Source: a virus
IMG/VR virus record: IMGVR_UViG_3300037789_000038
Span: 1-38,018 of that record
DNA length: 38,018 bases
Reading direction: 5' to 3' (one strand)
The notes under the pieces are model-generated. The model was not told where the DNA came from. It was given only the letters and a program-made list of their open reading frames with translations, and did no database searches. Below, piece after piece: positions 31,770-38,018 of the stretch. Both the position numbers and the translations under genes were made by a program. How positions within the stretch are numbered: the stretch's first letter is position 1; every line of letters starts with the position of its first letter.

Positions 31770-34108
31770 TCTTGTGGCTCCTTGCCAGCAACACAGGCGT
31801 TTGCAATTTCGTCGGCCACCCGAATTTCGTCCTCTGCCTCATCAAGCAAATCCGCCGCCTTCTTTACACCATCAGGCGTATTCACATCAGGATTTTGGCT
31901 TGCAGCAAGGCGTTGCGCCTCAGTAAATGCCGCGTCATCGGATAGTACATCATCCATGACTTGCTCGGAAACTCTTGCTTTGTCGGCTACCAAGTTCAGT
32001 TGCGCCTTGCGCGGGTCCGTCGCACGGAGCACATCGATAGCACTTGCCGGCGCATCGCCAAAGATATCGGCCCCGGGTTGCGTCTTTTCCGCCTCATCCA
32101 AATAGCCAATCAAGCGATCAGCAATTGACTTGCGCCCGGCCGCACGTTGATAGTTCCCGTCACGATAAAACGACACCAACAATGCCTTTGTCGTGTCCGT
32201 TAGCCCTTCGTTAAACATTTCTCCCTGCGCCATCAAATCGGCCATCTTCATTTTCTCAGCGCGAGACTTTTCGACAATTCGCACCGCATTGATAAGGTCG
32301 GCCGTCACGTCCATGTGAGGCGCAATCTCTCCGCTACCGGCACGCTTCCGCATCCCCGACCAACGCGCCGCCACGTCCTGCAACGCGCCACCGATAGCTT
32401 TAATGTCGTTGTTTGTGCTTTCGAGCAGCTTGCCGATCAAAGTTGGCGCCTCATCACCGTATGCGGCGGCCAGCACCGCGCCTTCAATGCGGCGGATACC
32501 CTGCATGGAAAGGCCGCCTTCTTTCAGGGTCATTGCCCCCTGGTCATTCTTGGGCAAGCCCTTAATAAAGGCGTTCACAAATTTCTGGTTTTGGGCAAGG
32601 CTCACATCGCCGCCCTCGTATAGATCAATGATCCGCCGCACCGCGCCTGCATCTGCCAATGCTTGCTCCATAGCCGACATAGAAAGCGTCGAGGAAGCAT
32701 TGGCCTCTCGGGTAAAGGCTACCCGTTCCTCTGGCGTCAATTGCGTTGTGCGCCGGCGGATCAGCACCGGGTTTTTCATGTTATCGACATTGAAGCCCTG
32801 CGACTTGAGATATTCGCGATACGCTGTCGACTTAGCGCCGCCTTCCCCATGAGCCCGCATAATTGCCAGCGTGCGGCCGTTGCCGCTTTCCACAACGCCA
32901 TCAGGCCCGACGATAGGCGCACCATTGCCCGCTTCCGACGACGCGCCCAGGCGGCCCGGTTCAAGGTTCGCCGCGATATCCTGCACCTGCGTCTCGCCTG
33001 CCGCCCGCGTCCGGTCCCGTGGCTGCAATTCCTGGGGATAAATCGGGTTGATCGTCATATCCTGCGTATTGCTGGTGATAAGCCCGGCGCCCTCTACCAC
33101 CTGCAATTCTGTATCGATGGCGCGGCCGGTCGGCGTAAACACCTGCCCCGCTACTTGTGCCACCGCCGCGTCCGGATCTTGGCGCTGCACTACGGGCTCG
33201 GGCTGTCGTGCCACCGTAGGCCGGCCTTCGGCCAAGTCCATTTCCGCCTGATCGATATTGGCTTCATGCACCCGCTGGTTCTGGAAGCCATGTGGATTTG
33301 TCTCGGCATCATGTAATGCCCGATCCGCAACTCGGACCGCATCAAGTTCATCAAGCGTCAACCCTTCGCCACGGAAAAGACGATACCCGTCAACCGCCCC
33401 ACGCCCGACCATGCCAAGCACGCCCGCACCCAGGCCGGCGGCCAGGATATTGAACATGCTGTTGCCTTCAATCCCGGCGCGCGATTTAAAGTCCGCATTG
33501 CCAAGTTCAATTGCGCCCTGTGTGCCAGCGCCAATTGCGCCTTCCACGGCAAACTGTTTAAGCATCCGTACTGCCAGCCCGCCCGACATGCGCGCCGCAC
33601 CGCCAAGGGGCAGTGTTGCGACGTTCACGGGGTCCGTCATGGCGCCGGCGGCCGCCCCGAAAAAGCCCGCCACGTCTGCGCCCAGGCCAACATCAACCGC
33701 GCTACGCTCATCCAACTCAGTTCGGATAGCCTTGGCGTCAGCCAGTATCTTTTGCTGAATTTGCTCCGGCCTCAGAATGCCGGCGTCCGGGTACTCTTGC
33801 TGCAGAGTGCCCACCAGCGCTTCATAGTTCGCCAGCGCCTTCTCTCGCGTCAGCACCGACTTTGAGCCCGTATTGCGCCCAGGACGCACGGCCAGCGGGT
33901 TTGAGACACGTTGACCGCTTATCTCGGCAATACGCTCTATCTGCCGCTCGTATTCGTTATAAATGGCGCGTTGTTCAGATGAAAATTGCTCAGTACGACG
34001 AAACGCCTCTAACTCTAGGTCGAAGCGTTCACCGGCACCAAGGGGCTTTGCAGAAAGGGGATTGAGAGACACACGATCAAGCCTCCCAAAGCCAATGTCG
34101 AGTAACAT
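31766..34108 (-). CDS. internal virion protein (780 aa) with a central ParB-like segment
   Basis: Gly-rich hydrophobic N-terminal third. Residues about 330-480 contain ELQPRDRTR and VVESGNGRTLAI. Confidence 0.6.
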   Translation of the reverse strand: MLLDIGFGRLDRVSLNPLSAKPLGAGERFDLELEAFRRTEQFSSEQRAIYNEYERQIERIAEISGQRVSNPLAVRPGRNTGSKSVLTREKALANYEALVGTLQQEYPDAGILRPEQIQQKILADAKAIRTELDERSAVDVGLGADVAGFFGAAAGAMTDPVNVATLPLGGAARMSGGLAVRMLKQFAVEGAIGAGTQGAIELGNADFKSRAGIEGNSMFNILAAGLGAGVLGMVGRGAVDGYRLFRGEGLTLDELDAVRVADRALHDAETNPHGFQNQRVHEANIDQAEMDLAEGRPTVARQPEPVVQRQDPDAAVAQVAGQVFTPTGRAIDTELQVVEGAGLITSNTQDMTINPIYPQELQPRDRTRAAGETQVQDIAANLEPGRLGASSEAGNGAPIVGPDGVVESGNGRTLAIMRAHGEGGAKSTAYREYLKSQGFNVDNMKNPVLIRRRTTQLTPEERVAFTREANASSTLSMSAMEQALADAGAVRRIIDLYEGGDVSLAQNQKFVNAFIKGLPKNDQGAMTLKEGGLSMQGIRRIEGAVLAAAYGDEAPTLIGKLLESTNNDIKAIGGALQDVAARWSGMRKRAGSGEIAPHMDVTADLINAVRIVEKSRAEKMKMADLMAQGEMFNEGLTDTTKALLVSFYRDGNYQRAAGRKSIADRLIGYLDEAEKTQPGADIFGDAPASAIDVLRATDPRKAQLNLVADKARVSEQVMDDVLSDDAAFTEAQRLAASQNPDVNTPDGVKKAADLLDEAEDEIRVADEIANACVAGKEPQE

Positions 34109-36285
34109 TATTTTGCTCCCGCTCGGGCGCCCGTCAAAAAGCGATTGGTGACTGTCGACGGAATTTCACGCGGCGCGACGTTGCTAAGATCGAGCAGATA
34201 CCGAGAACCATCGGCGTTCGTTAGTTCCATTCCGCCGATCCGCACTTCATAGCGCCCGTCACCGACCGAAGCTAATTCCCCAAAGTCTCGAATGTCATCT
34301 GCTGTAATCTGCCGACCGTCCCGGGCATACAATGGTTCGCCAAGGTCTGCATCGGTAAGATTAAACATCGTGCGCGCAAAGTCCGAGCTATCCATGCCCG
34401 GCTGCGGCGCAATCATTTTGGCGCCGTTATACTCAACGATATTGCCGACCACCGCCGTAATCGCCCGGTCAAGGCGATCCGGGTCAAGCGTGCCCGTGAA
34501 GTCACCTTTGCTGTTGCTGTCATAGGCATAGACGGCCAGTACCGCATCCGTGATCGCGCCGGCGCTATCCGGGCGGCGCCACAACGCTTGCCGCAACTCC
34601 GTCAATTCAGTGCGGAATGTAGAGTTGTTGGCCGGCAGCACGCCTTTCTCCGACTTAATCACGTCCTGTCCAATAAAGATTTCACGGGCGATTTTCGGCC
34701 GATCAACGGCAATGCCGGCCGCCACCGCAAAGGTACGGCTTTCAGCATCGTTTGACACCAGCGCGTTCAACACCTGCGGCAGCCGGCGAGCACCGAAACC
34801 ATCTGCGAGAGAAGCAGCGAATACGGCTTTGCTGGTCGCATCCATGCTGGCAATCGTGGTCGAAAGCCTATCGACTTCATTTGCCGTGAGAGGGAGCACT
34901 TGGCTTTTCGGCAACCCCTCAAGATCAGCCGTGCGGTCGGCTTGTTCGACACGCTTTTGAAACGAGGCAACAAGGGTATCAGGTTGTGCGAAGTCCAACG
35001 CTTCCAACTCGCCTACTTGCTGCGGGTGCGCTTCGGCGCCGTAAGAAAGCGGGTCCGCATCGATGGCGCGGGCCTTTTCAGCGTTCGCCTTCTGGTACGC
35101 CAACAATCGCTGCACGTCCTCATCATCACCGCCCCCTGCCATGAGAGTGTCGTTGATAGTCGCCATACGCGCCTGTTGCTCGCCAAGCGGCAGACGAGCG
35201 AACGTCGCTACGTCTAGCTGGCGGTCTGCAGCCATCTGCAATTCGCCACTCAATATCGGATCATTCAGGGCCCGCGCTTGTTCGGCATAGGCCGCGATTT
35301 TGCCGGGCGACACCGGAAACCCAAGAGCGAGACGACGCAGGGCCGGCCGCGCTTCGGCTTCCAAAGCCCGCACCTTTGAGTTGCGAATGCTCTCGGCTTC
35401 ACGGATGGCCTCTTGCTGTCGATTGACAATCTGCGCCCGGCGCGCGGCGCTGATACCCGATAACTCCGGGCTGTCGAGGATTTGCTGCATTTCCTTGTTT
35501 GCAGCCTCAACGGCCTCTATGCCGCCGCCCATGCGATGATACGTCTGCAGGGACACATGGGCAATGCCTAGCGCTTCCGCATCGTCGGCAAGCATGTTGC
35601 GTTCAATGTCGGCCAGTTCCGGGGTCATATACCCCTTCGACACAGCGCCTTGCAGGTTTTCCTCAAACTGTTTTGCCAGCCGCCTGTATTCTTCGCCGCC
35701 AGCCTGCCCGACCTTCGCCAATGCCTGCATGTCTTGAATGATCGAGGCACGCGCACCGGCAATCGTTTGGTTCTGTAGCCGCCATGCGTTTTGTCGTTCG
35801 ACATTCAAGATCGCGTTGACGTTCTGCCTCATCAGGCTTTCAAGTTCTAATTCCGCTTCCGCCTTAAATTGATCCGGCACGTTGTTAAGTAGGCTGGTCG
35901 AGAACATGCCCGCCTGTTTTTCAAACTCTAGGCTGTCATCCCCCGTCTGCCGGCGCATTTGCGTGAAGTTCTGGCGCTGATCGTTGATGAAGCTAGCCAT
36001 GTACATTTGCTTGCCAGCGTCATTAAACGCCTTGTCCATCGGCGTATCGCCCGTGCGCGGCTGAAACGTCAGATTGCCATCCTCATCGCGAGCAATGCCC
36101 GCGTTGCGGCCTTCATCGGTTGCGGCATCGATAGCCTGCCGCTCAAGCCGCTGCGCTGTACGGCGCGTGCTTGCCGCAAATGACTGAATACCGCTGGTAA
36201 GTCCCTCCGCAACGCTGCCCGCTCGCACAACGCCAATGTTTTGCAGTATTTCGGAACTCTCTATTGTGGGTAGTGTGTCGGCCAT
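34108..36285 (-). CDS. internal virion protein (725 aa)
   Basis: Large helical protein in the T7 gp15/16-like position. No transglycosylase motif seen. Confidence 0.55.
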   Translation of the reverse strand: MADTLPTIESSEILQNIGVVRAGSVAEGLTSGIQSFAASTRRTAQRLERQAIDAATDEGRNAGIARDEDGNLTFQPRTGDTPMDKAFNDAGKQMYMASFINDQRQNFTQMRRQTGDDSLEFEKQAGMFSTSLLNNVPDQFKAEAELELESLMRQNVNAILNVERQNAWRLQNQTIAGARASIIQDMQALAKVGQAGGEEYRRLAKQFEENLQGAVSKGYMTPELADIERNMLADDAEALGIAHVSLQTYHRMGGGIEAVEAANKEMQQILDSPELSGISAARRAQIVNRQQEAIREAESIRNSKVRALEAEARPALRRLALGFPVSPGKIAAYAEQARALNDPILSGELQMAADRQLDVATFARLPLGEQQARMATINDTLMAGGGDDEDVQRLLAYQKANAEKARAIDADPLSYGAEAHPQQVGELEALDFAQPDTLVASFQKRVEQADRTADLEGLPKSQVLPLTANEVDRLSTTIASMDATSKAVFAASLADGFGARRLPQVLNALVSNDAESRTFAVAAGIAVDRPKIAREIFIGQDVIKSEKGVLPANNSTFRTELTELRQALWRRPDSAGAITDAVLAVYAYDSNSKGDFTGTLDPDRLDRAITAVVGNIVEYNGAKMIAPQPGMDSSDFARTMFNLTDADLGEPLYARDGRQITADDIRDFGELASVGDGRYEVRIGGMELTNADGSRYLLDLSNVAPREIPSTVTNRFLTGARAGAK

Positions 36286-36294
36286 GACGCCCCC

Positions 36295-36756
36295 TTATTC
36301 CAATTCTGCAAACTGACTTGCCGCGCTGCCAAAGCCGGCGACCATCGCGCTTGAAGCAGACGCCCGGGACTGAGCCGCCCCAAGCCCGAAACTACGCTGT
36401 TTTTTCAGGTAATTAAGCTGGCTGATACGAATATCCTTTTCGGCGGCCTTGATTGTCGCGTTGCGGACGGACCCCGAGAACAATTCGCCGCCGCTTCCGG
36501 CGCGGATAGATTGCTGCGTTGCCAGGACCGACGCCAATTGCTGCCGGCGCCGCACTTCGTCTTGAAGTGCTGCAACACGCGCCGTTTCCGCCTCATCCTC
36601 GTACTGCGCCGCTTGGGCCTCATAAGCCTTGCTTTGATTGACCGCACCAACAACCGTTGTGCCGATTGATGCAACCGTTGCCGCCTGGGAAATACCTGCC
36701 GCCGTCGCCGCTGCCGCCGCCTCCGACATGCCCGCCGCTACCAAAATGCTTTCCAT
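36295..36756 (-). CDS. internal virion protein A-like (153 aa)
   Basis: Ala/Gln-rich. Start overlaps the tubular B stop (TAATG). Confidence 0.5.
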   Translation of the reverse strand: MESILVAAGMSEAAAAATAAGISQAATVASIGTTVVGAVNQSKAYEAQAAQYEDEAETARVAALQDEVRRRQQLASVLATQQSIRAGSGGELFSGSVRNATIKAAEKDIRISQLNYLKKQRSFGLGAAQSRASASSAMVAGFGSAASQFAELE

Positions 36757-38018
36757 TATTCATTGACCTCCACTTCGCGAACCATGCTGAGCACGGTTAT
36801 TTTCGCAGGCGTTGCAATAGTGATCGTCGGTGCAGCGTCTTGGTCGTAGCCGAGAGAACTAATTTCCAGAATGCCGGTCTTGGTCGGCGGCGCACTGTCG
36901 TAGTCATCGCCTGCAAATTCCAGCAGAATGTCTTGACTGTTAACGGCAAAGGCATCCGACCGATCAACCTCTAGCAACGCCCGAACAAGCCCGATAACTG
37001 AGCCCCGGCTTTCGCCATCCCGAAGATCAAACACCGCCGGCATCGGCTGGATCGTCTGCGTGAAAGCAAGGCCAGCCTCAACAACTTCCACTTCCGGGTC
37101 TAAGTCTCCGAGCGTCAAATTACCGGAACCGTCGATATCATAGGTGCCAAGGCTGTGCCCGTTAGTCGTGACACTCACTGTCTCGTTTGCAAGGTGCGCA
37201 AAGCCGCTGAAACTTTTGGTAGGCGTGCCGCTGGTAGCCTCTTTTGAGCAATCCAACTTGTCCGCGTCATCGTCAAAAACTTCCAACGTCAAAACCGTGG
37301 ACGAGTTTAATTCGCGCTCCACCGCCACAACCACGTCCGAACCGACCGCCACGGCCGATTTAAAAGTGCCCGTTGTGCTCCACGGCACCCACGCCAGCAC
37401 TTCCTCCGTATTGCTGGAATGTAGCACGGAGAGATTGCCATCACCGTTTACGAGGATGGCGTATTTCTCGGTGCGCGCCGGGCTATCGTAAAGAACCGTC
37501 AGATCGGTTGGCGACGAAATCAAATGCGGCGCTAAATGAGAAAGCGGGTTAAATTTGTATTGCTGGTCAACATCGTTGTACCGCAACTCACCGACCACGG
37601 CGCCTTCCTTTTGCACCATAAGAACGCCCTGATCGTAGAGCATCGGCTTCACGTCACCTACGCCTACTTGCTCTTGCTCCTGAGACGCCGCGTTGTTCGG
37701 CGTTACTGGTCGCGACGCAGTTTCCGGTTGATAGAACACCGAGCGATCCGCGAACATAATCATGTGCCGGCCGCCGACCCCGTAGCGCAGCTTAGAAAGC
37801 CGGCGCCCGTTCACGGCATCCCAAGACGCCTCATTATCCTCTGCCGAGCCCACGTCGAAGTTGTAATAAGCACCCACCTTGGAGAACCACCGGCCGGTCG
37901 GCCGCCCCGCTGAGCCAAGGAGCCATAGGCGATCATTGTAAAACTCTGCGTCATTGGCGTACCCGCGAGCATCCGAAAACACCGCTTCGTCCCAATCGGT
38001 TGTCGCAGCCGTTGTGAT
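36756..38018 (-). CDS. tail tubular protein B-like, C-terminal part (same gene as 1..805)
   Basis: The frame stays open to the window end. 37892..38018 duplicates 1..127. Confidence 0.7.
   Translation of the reverse strand: MTTAATTDWDEAVFSDARGYANDAEFYNDRLWLLGSAGRPTGRWFSKVGAYYNFDVGSAEDNEASWDAVNGRRLSKLRYGVGGRHMIMFADRSVFYQPETASRPVTPNNAASQEQEQVGVGDVKPMLYDQGVLMVQKEGAVVGELRYNDVDQQYKFNPLSHLAPHLISSPTDLTVLYDSPARTEKYAILVNGDGNLSVLHSSNTEEVLAWVPWSTTGTFKSAVAVGSDVVVAVERELNSSTVLTLEVFDDDADKLDCSKEATSGTPTKSFSGFAHLANETVSVTTNGHSLGTYDIDGSGNLTLGDLDPEVEVVEAGLAFTQTIQPMPAVFDLRDGESRGSVIGLVRALLEVDRSDAFAVNSQDILLEFAGDDYDSAPPTKTGILEISSLGYDQDAAPTITIATPAKITVLSMVREVEVNE
37892..38018. repeat. 127-bp terminal overlap (copy of 1..127)
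   Basis: Exact identity with the window start. Confidence 0.95.

Noticed and set aside
37892-38018. Biological direct terminal repeats of the virion DNA
   Set aside because: The length is exactly 127 bp and a gene reads through the join, which fits an assembler k-mer overlap of a circular path. True termini cannot be inferred from this sequence alone.

Overview
The window is a complete, circularly closed genome of a temperate phage. The first 127 bp (1..127) are identical to the last 127 bp (37892..38018), so the unique length is 37,891 bp. One tail gene runs across the window ends.

Minus strand, late operon (about 9400 down to 1, wrapping to 37891 and on down to 24764):
- small and large terminase, portal, scaffold, major capsid
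- tail tubular A-like and B-like proteins
- four internal-virion/ejection proteins, tail fibre
- a lysis cassette with a GH108 endolysin and a GTA-type 3TM holin

Lambda-like control region (11415..19967):
- S24-peptidase CI repressor, divergent Cro-like gene, and TTGCA-type operator clusters at two flanking promoter regions
- leftward replication/recombination operon: GapR-like protein, RuvC, DUF1376, and RHH plus XRE regulators
- rightward operon: PD-(D/E)XK exonuclease, Sak4-like ATPase, xis, int
- int is followed immediately by an attP that carries the 3' part of a tRNA-Thr(GGU)

Two plus-strand accessory operons of small ORFs (9621..11470 and 20242..24793) hold the least-explained content:
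- a 97-aa protein made of 43 consecutive Gly-X dipeptides
- a DnaJ-type zinc-finger miniprotein
- an orphan SPPY methyltransferase
- a very acidic first early gene

Other observations:
- an exact 12-mer (CTGTCCAGTGAG on the late-gene strand) occurs four times, plus one variant, upstream of late genes
- a ParB-like segment lies inside an internal virion protein
- a G-run repeat sits at the terS/terL junction
- an AT-rich iteron patch follows an intrinsic terminator

I found no rRNA, complete tRNA, CRISPR array, transposase or reverse transcriptase. An alphaproteobacterial host is an inference from the gene families. All family assignments were made by eye from remembered motifs and need HMM or BLAST confirmation.
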